A DNA stretch of 64,000 nt from Bacteroidota bacterium (GCA_043783155.1 JAYVZS010000054.1:85667-149666), one strand, 5' to 3'; positions 19,438 to 28,021 are shown, counted from the first letter of the stretch. The notes: generated from the sequence alone by a model not told the origin. Program-made: numbers and translations.

Positions 19438-21162
19438 TTATTGTTTAATAAATTTTTTAGTTACAGTGATTTTTGTTTTTTCATCAGTCAATTGCAATAC
19501 ATAAATTCCTTTTGCCAACGTGCTGATGTCAATTCCATTTTGCAATTGCGGATGCGGAAGCATGTAAATAGTTCTTCCTAATATATTGTTTATTTTTATA
19601 TAATATGCCTGCATGGATGGGTCAGCAAACGACACGTATAATTTATCGTTAGCAGGATTTGGATAAAGAGAAAAATCTTTTGGCGCTTGTGTTGGCTCGT
19701 TAATACCGGTTGTATTTCCTGTAACAACAAATTGTCCCATCATGCCTTCGTCTTCGTGAAGTGAAATATGGCAGTGATACATAAACGGATGCAGACTGTC
19801 AGCATAATCTTCAAACTTTGCAATAAACTTTACAATGGATGGGTTACCGGGACTCAATCGGGCAGGAACAAAAACAACATCTTTCCAACCAGCCTGTGCA
19901 GGCACGGGAGCAACTCCGTTAACAGAAACAATATTGAATTGCACATCATGAATATGAAACGGGTGACCGAAAACAGATGAACTTGTAATTTGCCAAATCT
20001 CTGTATTACCAATAGGAACCTGGTACTCGTTGTAATTAATATTAAAAAGTTTATGATTGATGATGAAAGCATTTGGTCCCAGAATATTCGGAACACCTGT
20101 GCTATCGCTTATTGTTAGTTGCCTTGTAATAGTGGCATTCGCAGTGTTTAATAAAACATTAGTAGTTAAAGTTGTTGGAATTGTTGTGATTGGAGAACCT
20201 GTTTGCGCTGCAACATTTATATGCAGCATAGTAAAATCTAAATGACCAAGATAATTTCCAAATGGTCCTCCTGCAAAACTTTCGCCACCTGCAATATTAG
20301 GTGTAAGCGAAGCATTGTATGCTTTTAAATCAACTGCTGTACCGGATTGTCCGTTGAAGTCAACCAGAATTTCAATTCGTTCACCTGCATGTAATAAATA
20401 TCTGTTTACAGAAACAGGTGCATTGAGCAAACCACCGTCAGAACAAATCACGGAGAAATTTCTGTTATCGCTGAAGCCAATATTAAAGGAGCGTTCAATT
20501 GCTACATCTAAAATTCTAAAGCGAACTATTTGTGCAGGCACTGAATATTGCGGACGCAATGTTCCGTTCACCATCATGCTGTCACCATAAGGTACTTTTA
20601 CAAATTGATTTGATGCGTCAATATCTCTGTCAGTTAACACCAATGGAATATCATCTACTCCATACGTGCGTGGCAATGCCAATGCGGATTCTACAGGGTC
20701 TCTTACAATTATCAACCCGCCTAAACCTTTGATAATTTGGTCTTCAGTCATCGTGTGCAGATGCGGATGATACCAATAAGTGGCAGCATTGTTTGTTACT
20801 TTCCAGTAAGGTTGCCAGATGGTGCCGGGAGGAATTATCTGATGCGGACCGCCATCCATAACAGCGGGGAGATGAAAACCATGCCAGTGAATAGTTGTTG
20901 AATCATTCAAATAATTATGCACGTTCATGTGGACAGTATCACCTTTATTAAAAAACAAAGTGGGTCCCCAAAATTTTCCGTTAATACCTGCTGTGATAGT
21001 TTGATTGCCGGGAAGTATTTGTGAAAACGTGTCTTTAAGATTTAGGTTGAATGTGGTTCCCGATAGTGTGTCAGGTATCCAAAGTGTATTGTATGATTGC
21101 GCTGATGCATTTATTTTAAATAGAATTATTAATGCAAATAGAAGTGTGATTTTTTTTATCAT
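19438..21162 (-). CDS. Three-domain multicopper oxidase (CueO/bilirubin-oxidase-like) with T9SS type A CTD, copy B
   Basis: HWHG, WYHPH, HPFHIH, HCHISLHEDEGMM; Sec-type signal ...ASA|Q; LYPNPA...GIYVLQL...KKFIKQ. Confidence 0.93.
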   Translation of the reverse strand: MIKKITLLFALIILFKINASAQSYNTLWIPDTLSGTTFNLNLKDTFSQILPGNQTITAGINGKFWGPTLFFNKGDTVHMNVHNYLNDSTTIHWHGFHLPAVMDGGPHQIIPPGTIWQPYWKVTNNAATYWYHPHLHTMTEDQIIKGLGGLIIVRDPVESALALPRTYGVDDIPLVLTDRDIDASNQFVKVPYGDSMMVNGTLRPQYSVPAQIVRFRILDVAIERSFNIGFSDNRNFSVICSDGGLLNAPVSVNRYLLHAGERIEILVDFNGQSGTAVDLKAYNASLTPNIAGGESFAGGPFGNYLGHLDFTMLHINVAAQTGSPITTIPTTLTTNVLLNTANATITRQLTISDSTGVPNILGPNAFIINHKLFNINYNEYQVPIGNTEIWQITSSSVFGHPFHIHDVQFNIVSVNGVAPVPAQAGWKDVVFVPARLSPGNPSIVKFIAKFEDYADSLHPFMYHCHISLHEDEGMMGQFVVTGNTTGINEPTQAPKDFSLYPNPANDKLYVSFADPSMQAYYIKINNILGRTIYMLPHPQLQNGIDISTLAKGIYVLQLTDEKTKITVTKKFIKQ

Positions 21163-21193
21163 ACTGATTGTTGAAATATTTGAGATGTAGAAT

Positions 21194-21222
21194 TTAGATG
21201 CTCTTTGTTTATAAAACCTGCG
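21194..21222 (-). promoter_or_regulatory. Putative ECF-type promoter CGCAGG-N16-CATCTAA
   Basis: Same motif, same spacer and same 31-nt distance to ATG as 23018-23046. Confidence 0.55.
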
Positions 21223-21264
21223 GTTGGTTTAACGTGGCTTAAAAATTCTTTTCTCATCGTTAAA

Positions 21265-22986
21265 TTATTCCTTTATAAATTTTTTAGTTACAGTGACTTT
21301 TGTTTTTTCATCAGTCAATTGCAATACATAAATTCCTTTTGCCAACGTGCTGATGTCAATTCCATTTTGCAATTGCGGACGCGGGAGCATGTAAATAGTT
21401 TTGCCTGCTGTGTTATTAATTTTTATGTAATACGCCTGCATAGTAGGGTCATCAAAAGAGATGTATAATTTATTGTTTGCAGGATTTGGATAAAGCGAAA
21501 AATCTTTTGGCGATTGTGTTGGCTCGTTAATGCCTGTTGTATTTCCTGTAACAACAAATTGTCCCATCATGCCGCCATCTTCATGATTTGAAAAATGACA
21601 GTGATACATAAACGGGTGAATGGAATCAGAATAATCTTCAAACTTAGCTACAAACGAAACGGATTCTCCTCTCGGTAAATACACATCATCTTTCCAACCT
21701 GATTCGTAATTTCCGACTGCAGATGCATTGCCATTCCTTGCAACAATTTTAAATTGCACATCATGAATGTGAAAAGCGTGACTGAAAATATTGCTATTTA
21801 CAATGGTCCATTCTTCAATTGTATTTACGTTTACTGTTTTATTAATTGTGTTTAAAACAAAAGCGGCATTATCAAAAGCAAATTCTGCAAGACCTATTCC
21901 GGTACCCGGAGTAACATTTACTGTGCGGTTTACTGTTGCATTTGCAGCCGTCCAATAAATATTATTTGCAAGTGTTGCAGGCATTGTTATAACAGGAGTT
22001 GCCGTTGTTGCGGCAACATTGAGATGCAAAACGGTAAAGTCATGATTGTTTAATAAACTTCCGTTTATTCCGCTTTGCTGTGGCTCTGCACCGGGGAAAC
22101 CAAATACTTGTCCAGTATTAAATGCTTTTAAATCTAAACTTGAACCAACAGCATCAGCACTAAAGTCAACTAATATTTCAATGCGTTCTCCAACCATCAG
22201 TTTCACTCTCGTAACAGCAACAGGTGCGTTTAATAATCCACCGTCATTGGCAATAATGTAAAAAGTTCTGTTGTCGCTGAATCCTAAATTATATCCTCTT
22301 TCAATTTCAGCATTCAAAATTCGCAAGCGCACATATTGTTTGGGCAAACTTACCTGCGCGTTCGGAGTGCCGTTGGTTAACATGTAATCTCCGTACTCAC
22401 TTATATTTACACCATTTGTTACGGTAAATTGATTAGTTGCATCATAACCTCTGCTTGTTAACACGATTGGAAAATCATCAACACCATAAGTTCGCGGCAA
22501 TGTCAATGCAGCTTCTATTGGGTCCCGCACAATAATAAATCCGCCAAGTCCTTTGGTAAGATGCTCCATTGTCATGTTATGCAAATGCGGATGATACCAA
22601 TAAGTAGCAGCGTTGTTGGTTACTTTCCAGTAAGGTTGCCAAATTGTGCCGGGCGGAATTATCTGATGAGGTCCGCCATCCATCACAGCAGGCAGGTGCA
22701 TTCCGTGCCAGTGAACAGTTGTTGAATCATTCAAATTATTTTGCACATTCATGTGTACAGTATCACCCTGATTAAAAATTAAAGTGGGTCCCCAAAACCG
22801 ACTGCCGTTAATTCCTGCTGTTATTGTTTGATTGCCGGGTCGCAATTGTGCGAACGTGTCATTAAGTGTCAAATTAAAATTTGTTCCTGATATAGTGTCG
22901 GGAATCCAAAGCGAATTGTATTGAGCTGATAAATTTTTTGTAAAAAGAAAAATTATCAGGCAGAGTACGGTGTGTTTTTTGTTCAT
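21265..22986 (-). CDS. Three-domain multicopper oxidase with T9SS type A CTD, copy A
   Basis: HWHG, WYHPH, HAFHIH, HCHFSNHEDGGMM; Sec-type signal ...LSA|Q; CTD nearly identical to copy B. Confidence 0.93.
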   Translation of the reverse strand: MNKKHTVLCLIIFLFTKNLSAQYNSLWIPDTISGTNFNLTLNDTFAQLRPGNQTITAGINGSRFWGPTLIFNQGDTVHMNVQNNLNDSTTVHWHGMHLPAVMDGGPHQIIPPGTIWQPYWKVTNNAATYWYHPHLHNMTMEHLTKGLGGFIIVRDPIEAALTLPRTYGVDDFPIVLTSRGYDATNQFTVTNGVNISEYGDYMLTNGTPNAQVSLPKQYVRLRILNAEIERGYNLGFSDNRTFYIIANDGGLLNAPVAVTRVKLMVGERIEILVDFSADAVGSSLDLKAFNTGQVFGFPGAEPQQSGINGSLLNNHDFTVLHLNVAATTATPVITMPATLANNIYWTAANATVNRTVNVTPGTGIGLAEFAFDNAAFVLNTINKTVNVNTIEEWTIVNSNIFSHAFHIHDVQFKIVARNGNASAVGNYESGWKDDVYLPRGESVSFVAKFEDYSDSIHPFMYHCHFSNHEDGGMMGQFVVTGNTTGINEPTQSPKDFSLYPNPANNKLYISFDDPTMQAYYIKINNTAGKTIYMLPRPQLQNGIDISTLAKGIYVLQLTDEKTKVTVTKKFIKE

Positions 22987-23017
22987 GATGAATGTTGAGA
23001 TATGTATGTTTTAGCAG

Positions 23018-23046
23018 TTAGATGCGCTTTGATTAAATAACTTGCG
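23018..23046 (-). promoter_or_regulatory. Putative ECF-type promoter CGCAAG-N16-CATCTAA
   Basis: Repeat of the motif at 21194-21222, 31 nt upstream of the MCO ATG. Confidence 0.55.
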
Positions 23047-23069
23047 AATAGTTTAAACGGTTTACAAAT

Positions 23070-23186
23070 TTACTTGAAGAATATTAGTGCGGTTGGGCAA
23101 AATAAAATGTGAGGATGTGCATTTACATTGTTTGCTGATAGTGATAGAGAAATAATTATAACTAAACCTGGAATTTTATTTTTCAT
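23070..23186 (-). pseudogene. 38-aa ORF: signal peptide plus short tail (gene relic or micropeptide)
   Basis: MKNKIPGLVIIISLSLSANNVNA|HPHILFCPTALIFFK*; starts 47 nt downstream of a putative ECF promoter. Confidence 0.45.
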
Positions 23187-23233
23187 TTTATTTGTTTACC
23201 GCGTTTTTAGAATTGATGAATCACATTTATTAA

Positions 23234-23260
23234 GACGATACTATTTTTTATTTTCGGCAC
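23234..23260 (-). promoter_or_regulatory. Putative ECF promoter GTGCCG-N16-TCGTC
   Basis: Identical boxes and spacing to 24097-24123. Confidence 0.6.
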
Positions 23261-23270
23261 TATCATTAAA

Positions 23271-23768
23271 TTATTTTTTTTTCGGTTGATTATCTGGTCT
23301 GAAATAATCTCTGATTTCTAAAATTAAATTTTGAAACTTTTCTAACTGTTCGGGAGTGCAAATTGCTTTTAGTTGTTGTGCCTGTTCAATTCGCAATAGT
23401 TCCATTTGATACTCATTGTCGGCAACGCTTTTCGCTAAAGTTTTTACTTCTTCTTCGTTTGTAGTTTTATTAAACATTGTTTCATTCATGGAATCTCTTT
23501 CGTTACGAATGATTGTTGCCAATGATTTTTCTTTTTCAAAAATATCGGAACGAAGATTTTTTATTTGTTCAACTTGCCTATCAGTTAAGTTTAATTCCTT
23601 CTGCAAAACAGTTGACACATCACGATATTCATTCTGGTGTGGAAACAATTCGGGTTCATGGTGATGCGAAAAATCTTTCCATAAAAAAATACCGATTGAA
23701 AATAAATTCAATGCAGTAAGCAGAATTACCAAGCGAACTAATAATTTCTTTTGTGCAAAAATATCCAT
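23271..23768 (-). CDS. Periplasmic heavy-metal sensor / Spy-CpxP-ZraP-CnrX-like protein
   Basis: TM anchor, HHHEPELFPH, ELNLTDRQVEQI, helical body, ICTPEQ motif. Confidence 0.82.
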   Translation of the reverse strand: MDIFAQKKLLVRLVILLTALNLFSIGIFLWKDFSHHHEPELFPHQNEYRDVSTVLQKELNLTDRQVEQIKNLRSDIFEKEKSLATIIRNERDSMNETMFNKTTNEEEVKTLAKSVADNEYQMELLRIEQAQQLKAICTPEQLEKFQNLILEIRDYFRPDNQPKKK

Positions 23769-23771
23769 GCC

Positions 23772-24080
23772 TTAATTGTTTATTGAACTTGAATTACTCA
23801 ATAGTTCTTTTGAAATCACTTGTAATTCTTTCTCCCGACTTGGGGTTTGCTGTGATTCATTCATCGTTGTTTTAAAAATAAAACCAATGTTTGCAATAAC
23901 AACAAGTAACATTAATAAAGCATACTTTGACGAAGAAAATCTTGCTATTGAATTTGGTTTTGCGACAGATAATTTTTGCATCAATGAATCATTCCATTCT
24001 GATGACGGCTGAATGTTTTCCATTGATTCAAACTCCTGAAGTGTTTGAGAAACTCTGTTATTTAATTCCTGCTCTTGCAT
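23772..24080 (-). CDS. Putative single-pass anti-sigma factor
   Basis: 102 aa, PSSEWNDSLMQKL then one TM helix; lies between the ECF sigma and sensor genes. Confidence 0.7.
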   Translation of the reverse strand: MQEQELNNRVSQTLQEFESMENIQPSSEWNDSLMQKLSVAKPNSIARFSSSKYALLMLLVVIANIGFIFKTTMNESQQTPSREKELQVISKELLSNSSSINN

Positions 24081-24096
24081 TGTTGTTATTTAGTTT

Positions 24097-24123
24097 GACG
24101 ATTAATATTTTCTGTTCCGGCAC
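24097..24123 (-). promoter_or_regulatory. Putative ECF promoter GTGCCG-N16-TCGTC
   Basis: Fills the 53-bp gap between sigma stop and anti-sigma start; TCGTC resembles ECF -10 CGT cores; repeated at 23234-23260. Confidence 0.6.
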
Positions 24124-24133
24124 TTTTAGTAAA

Positions 24134-24697
24134 TTATTTTTTGAGGATAGATTCTAATTCTTCGCTTACTTTTTTTTTGGCACGATACACCAATGATTCG
24201 ACGGCAAGTGTCGTCGTATTCATAATCTCGGCAATTTCGGAATTGGTGTAGCCGTCAATTTTGCTCAATGTAAAAGCTACCCGTTGGCTGTCGGGCAAAG
24301 CGTTTAATGCCTGCATCACTTCTTTCATTTTTTCTTTTTCGTGCAATTGTTTGTCGGGCATTGTTCCACCACCAATCCAGTGTGCCACTTCATCCAGATG
24401 CAGTATTTTGCCAAGTGAAGTGATGCGTTTTTTACGATTGCGTTTTTTTATTTCGTCCAAACATTTTGTTACAGCAATTCTGTAAATCCATGTTGAAAGT
24501 TTTGCATCGCCACGAAATGATTTGATGGATTGAAATACCTCAATAAAAACTTCCTGCGAAATGTCTTCCGCATCTTCTTTGTCCAATAAAAAACGGTAGC
24601 AAGTGTTGATTACTCTTTTTCCATAGAGCATCACCAGTTCATTAAATGCAGCTTTATCACCTGCTATTAAATTGCGCAACAAAGCATCATCATCCAT
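24134..24697 (-). CDS. ECF-type RNA polymerase sigma-70 factor
   Basis: GDKAAFNELV, DAEDISQEVF, FRGDAKLSTWIYRIA, LPDSQRVAFTL...EIAEIM...VESLVYRAK. Confidence 0.95.
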   Translation of the reverse strand: MDDDALLRNLIAGDKAAFNELVMLYGKRVINTCYRFLLDKEDAEDISQEVFIEVFQSIKSFRGDAKLSTWIYRIAVTKCLDEIKKRNRKKRITSLGKILHLDEVAHWIGGGTMPDKQLHEKEKMKEVMQALNALPDSQRVAFTLSKIDGYTNSEIAEIMNTTTLAVESLVYRAKKKVSEELESILKK

Positions 24698-25355
24698 TAG
24701 TTACATAGGAGTAAACGGAAAGAGACTAAATAAGTATGCATAAGTTTAAGAACAGATTTTACTGCAAAGAACGGAATAAAGCGCGGGGGAAAGTCAATTC
24801 TACTCCATGATTTTGTTTTTGATTCAGTTTGCTTCGAAACTTACTATTAAAAACTGATGCGAGCAAAGTAAAATGTGAGGCAACAGATGGGGGGATTCTT
24901 GTACGATTGGGTTGCTTCTCTATTTGTTTTACAGAAGCGACAGCCGAAACGGCTTTGACGACCGGCTGAGAAGCTCATTTCTTGCACACAGTTTGAAGTT
25001 GCTTTAAGCCAAACGGCAAAAGTCTGTACTGCCTCGGCTTCAAGTGCCTTTGGATATTCATGTTGTTTCCGATGGCAGTAAGCCGGCATGAGCCATGAAT
25101 CACAATAAGCGCTATCTTAATTTATAGTTTTCTGAAAATTATTAATTGAGCGGTCGTATTGTTCGGTTTCTAATAATTCATTGCCTTTCATAAAAGACAT
25201 GTGGCAGAGTAGGTTTTGCTTTAAAACAAGTGTAAAGATTTAGAATTTGTTCTTTGTCAGAATTTGGCTGAGAATAAGATCTGCCACTTAATAAAATAAA
25301 AAATATGGTTACTTTCATAATTAAATTTTATCGCATAATATGTAAACTATAAAAC

Positions 25356-26297
25356 CTACTTCAAACCCTCTCCGTCCTCCAAACCTGCATATCCCGGCTT
25401 AAGAATTTTGATTGAATAACTTTTCCTGTCTTTGTTGGTGAGATAATTTTGTCGAAGCCATGGATTCAAAAGCTTCAGCGTTTTGTAATTGGTTTTATTC
25501 TGAATGGAGAAATCGGCGAGGTCGGCGATTGTGCTGTCGATCGTCAACGTATCGCACACAAATGGAGTGTATAGGTCCTGCATGCGGAAATAAAATCCAT
25601 ATTGAAGAGGATGATTCAGCACTTCTTTGATAGCAAGGATGCGGAAGACATACCTAAATGTTTCATCATTTAGTAACAGATCGTAATAGTTTTTTACTTT
25701 TTGTTTTTCAATCTGCTTCGCAAGTCCTGTTGTTCCCATGTTATAGGAAGCTGCCACCAGCGACCAGCTTCCGAATTGAGTATAAGCTTTATTGAAAAAT
25801 GCACAAGCCGCTTCCGTAGATCGTTCAACACTATAACGTTCGTCCACTTCATCGGTGATTAGCAATCCGTTCATTTTTCCCGTGGCTTCAATAAACTGCC
25901 AAAAGCCGACTGCGTTAGAAGGTGAAACAACATTCGTGAGCCCGCTTTCAGCGACGGCGAGGTATTTGAAATCATCCGGAATATTATTTTTTTTGAGAAT
26001 CGGTTCGATCACAGGAAGCCAGCGGTGGGCGCGCTTGATCAGCAACAGTGTTTGCGATTGCCAATACACATTCACCAGCATCTCGCGATCGAGGCGTTCC
26101 TTTACATCAAAAATTTTCAAGGGAACTTTTTCATCAGCAAAACTTAATTCTTTCAGTATGTTTAGTGAATAGGTATGATGATTTTCCCGGAAGAGTTTTG
26201 CAAACTCATCATCAGGATTGCCGATCGAGAAAATAAAAACTTTTAAAAAAGTGACGGCAAGCAGTAAGAAGCATCCATAGACAAGGAATTTTTTCAT
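25356..26297 (-). CDS. Lytic transglycosylase (SLT domain, MltD-like)
   Basis: YLAVAESGL, AVGFWQF, VDERY, AASYNMG, LNPWL. Confidence 0.9.
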   Translation of the reverse strand: MKKFLVYGCFLLLAVTFLKVFIFSIGNPDDEFAKLFRENHHTYSLNILKELSFADEKVPLKIFDVKERLDREMLVNVYWQSQTLLLIKRAHRWLPVIEPILKKNNIPDDFKYLAVAESGLTNVVSPSNAVGFWQFIEATGKMNGLLITDEVDERYSVERSTEAACAFFNKAYTQFGSWSLVAASYNMGTTGLAKQIEKQKVKNYYDLLLNDETFRYVFRILAIKEVLNHPLQYGFYFRMQDLYTPFVCDTLTIDSTIADLADFSIQNKTNYKTLKLLNPWLRQNYLTNKDRKSYSIKILKPGYAGLEDGEGLK

Positions 26298-26344
26298 GGA
26301 AACAGTTGTTGAGCCGATAAAGATAATGGTAAAGAAGGTTCAGG

Positions 26345-27421
26345 TTACTTTGTCCTTTTAATTCTCGCTGCATAGAAAAACACCCCAAACATGAGCATGA
26401 AGTAGGCGGAGAAAAGAACCGTGTATACATGATTCCATTCGAGGAGAAATTTTTCTGCGACCACCACAATAATCAGTGAGATGAGTGTGATCAGCCAGAA
26501 CACCAATGCAACCTGCCGGTCGCTCAATCCGAGATAAGCAAGCGCATGTGTCGTATGATCTTTTCCACCGATAAAAGGAGATTGTCCCTTTGCGATCCTG
26601 TTGATCACAACGGTGGTGGTATCAATAACCGGCATAATAAAGACGATCAGCGGAAGCAATAGATTCCGGGCGCTGATAAACTCACCGCTTGGCGGCTCAG
26701 CATTCCACAGGTATTTGATTCCGATGGCAGCGAGAAAAACGCCGAGAAACTGACTTCCCGTATCACCCATATACATTTTTGAAGGATGCCAGTTGTAATA
26801 GAGGAAACCGATGATTCCTGCCATTACACCAATCATGATGATAAAATAAATGCTTTGAACATCGTTGTGAAGAATCATCACGGCGAGAGCGGATAAAATG
26901 ATGGAGATGGAAACAGTGGAAGATATGGCGTCCATGTTATCAAGCATGTTCAGCGCATTCATGATTCCAACCACCCAGAATATCGTAATGAAATAATTGA
27001 TTGGCTGGATGTAGGAAATCGAAATGTATGTGCCGGTTAAAACAAGGATGATTCCGCAGGAAACCTGTGTAAAAAATTTGAACCACGGTCGCGTGTTGTA
27101 GGCATCATCTGTAAGGCCAAGAAGAAAACCCAGCATTGTAGCAAGGAGGAAGCCGATAAATTCTTTGTTGAGAAATACTTTGTTGGTGTCGATGAAAATG
27201 GAGTAGGTGATAACCGACAACAGGCAAAGGATGTAAAATGAAAAACCGCCAACGGCAGGTTTCGCCTGCGAACTCCAGCGTATAACGGGTTCTGACTGGT
27301 TCCTGATACCAAGTGTCTGCACAAACTTTAGAAATAATTTATTGATCAACACCGAAAATAAAATGGAGACAATAAAAAAAGCGCCGTAAACTAAATAAGG
27401 GTGCTGGCTTAAATCGGTCAT
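26345..27421 (-). CDS. MraY/WecA family polyprenyl-phosphate sugar-1-phosphate transferase
   Basis: GLTDD, NALNMLDNMD, YNWHPSKMYMGDTGS, GKDHTTH; TACTTTTG box at 27458-27465. Confidence 0.9.
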   Translation of the reverse strand: MTDLSQHPYLVYGAFFIVSILFSVLINKLFLKFVQTLGIRNQSEPVIRWSSQAKPAVGGFSFYILCLLSVITYSIFIDTNKVFLNKEFIGFLLATMLGFLLGLTDDAYNTRPWFKFFTQVSCGIILVLTGTYISISYIQPINYFITIFWVVGIMNALNMLDNMDAISSTVSISIILSALAVMILHNDVQSIYFIIMIGVMAGIIGFLYYNWHPSKMYMGDTGSQFLGVFLAAIGIKYLWNAEPPSGEFISARNLLLPLIVFIMPVIDTTTVVINRIAKGQSPFIGGKDHTTHALAYLGLSDRQVALVFWLITLISLIIVVVAEKFLLEWNHVYTVLFSAYFMLMFGVFFYAARIKRTK

Positions 27422-27478
27422 GTATAGATACGATTGGTAAGTATTTTTTCAGGATTGCAAAAGTAAAAATTAACACAT

Positions 27479-28021
27479 TTAAACCAAACTGATAAGCTCT
27501 TTTAATAACGGAAGTTGCAAATCTTTTTCCGATAATACAGGATTTTTTTCACCCCATTCGATGTTTATTTCAGGATCATCGTAGCGAATTCCCCGCTCAG
27601 AATCTTTGCTGTACAGAGTGGTGCATTTATAAAGAAAGAGGGTGTTGTCTTCCAGCGTCAGAAATCCGTGAGCGAAGCCGGCAGGAATCCAGAGCATCTG
27701 CTGGTTTCTTTCATTCAACTCAATGGAAAAATATTTTCCGAATGTGGAAGATGATTTACGGATGTCAACGCAAACATCGAGCACTCCACCATTCACGACC
27801 CTGATTAGTTTTCCCTGCTCGTAAGGACGAAGCTGAAAATGCAATCCTCTTAATACACCTTTGTTACTGAATGATTGATTGTCCTGCACAAACTCAACAG
27901 GAATTCCGTTTTTAATAAATTCCGCTTTGTTATAGGATTCAAAAAAATATCCGCGATGATCACGAAAAATTTTCGGTTCAATAATGATTAATCCTTCGAA
28001 TGGAGTAGTAATAAAATTCAT
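27479..28021 (-). CDS. rfbC: dTDP-4-dehydrorhamnose 3,5-epimerase
   Basis: DHRGYFFESY, FVQDNQS, GVLRGLHFQ, GFAHGF. Confidence 0.95.
   Translation of the reverse strand: MNFITTPFEGLIIIEPKIFRDHRGYFFESYNKAEFIKNGIPVEFVQDNQSFSNKGVLRGLHFQLRPYEQGKLIRVVNGGVLDVCVDIRKSSSTFGKYFSIELNERNQQMLWIPAGFAHGFLTLEDNTLFLYKCTTLYSKDSERGIRYDDPEINIEWGEKNPVLSEKDLQLPLLKELISLV

Noticed and set aside
24847-25089. 80-aa minus-strand ORF upstream of the ECF sigma
   Set aside because: No recognisable motif or signal peptide; lies in repeat-like flank DNA.
24890-25090. Possible integron attC-like site or riboswitch at the island flank
   Set aside because: Only partial hairpins (TTTGCCGTTTGGC, GCCGTTTCGGC); I could not find paired attC boxes or a known riboswitch core by eye.
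25201-25287. GTGGCAGA...TCTGCCAC inverted repeat
   Set aside because: Only 8 bp, no TSD and no second copy; within chance expectation.
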